A stretch of 64,000 nt of DNA from Phoronis australis (Eukaryota > Animalia > Phoronida). Position 1 is the stretch's first letter. Every line of letters begins with the position of its first letter. Under the pieces are notes generated by a model. That model was not told the origin of the DNA and searched no databases. It saw nothing but the letters and a program-made list of their open reading frames with translations. Below are positions 63,980 to 64,000 of the stretch, piece by piece. The DNA lies in contig NMRA01000164.1 of assembly GCA_002633005.1 (NCBI GenBank), forward strand, positions 261,452 through 325,451. The letters are read 5' to 3'. A program made the position numbers and the translations under genes.

Positions 63980-64000
63980 CTGGAATGATCATAAATAAGT

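Overview
AT-rich, intron-containing animal genomic DNA from an invertebrate bilaterian (probably a spiralian; this is inference) with one 356-nt N gap and two single-N joins. Five protein-coding genes can be rebuilt with phase-consistent splice sites: (1) a 5'-partial CUB-LDLa-TM-Pro/Tyr-rich membrane protein (+, 2448-8275); (2) KDM8/JMJD5 with an intronless CDS (-, 16191-17474); (3) NEK11 kinase with 13 coding exons (+, 24305-35272), whose last intron is a U12 (minor-spliceosome) intron; (4) a FoxH forkhead factor (+, 46424-47961) with an EH1 motif but no recognisable Smad-interaction motif; (5) the 3' part of zfh2/ZFHX3-4 (-, 53940-63979) with a 4.9-kb exon holding four homeodomains. The non-coding DNA carries a three-layer nest of DNA transposons (a 9-bp-TSD element, a Kolobok-like THAP element, a 3-bp-TSD MITE), a 53-bp perfect palindrome with a 9-bp TSD just upstream of FoxH, and a Penelope-like inverted repeat with minimal hammerhead-ribozyme motifs downstream of NEK11. 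It also holds hAT-like and hairpin MITEs, tRNA-derived SINE heads, minisatellites and a decayed duplicate of a kinase exon. There is no CRISPR array, rRNA or true tRNA. I did not find a clearly new multi-gene system; the most notable signals are at the RNA, splicing and transposon level.
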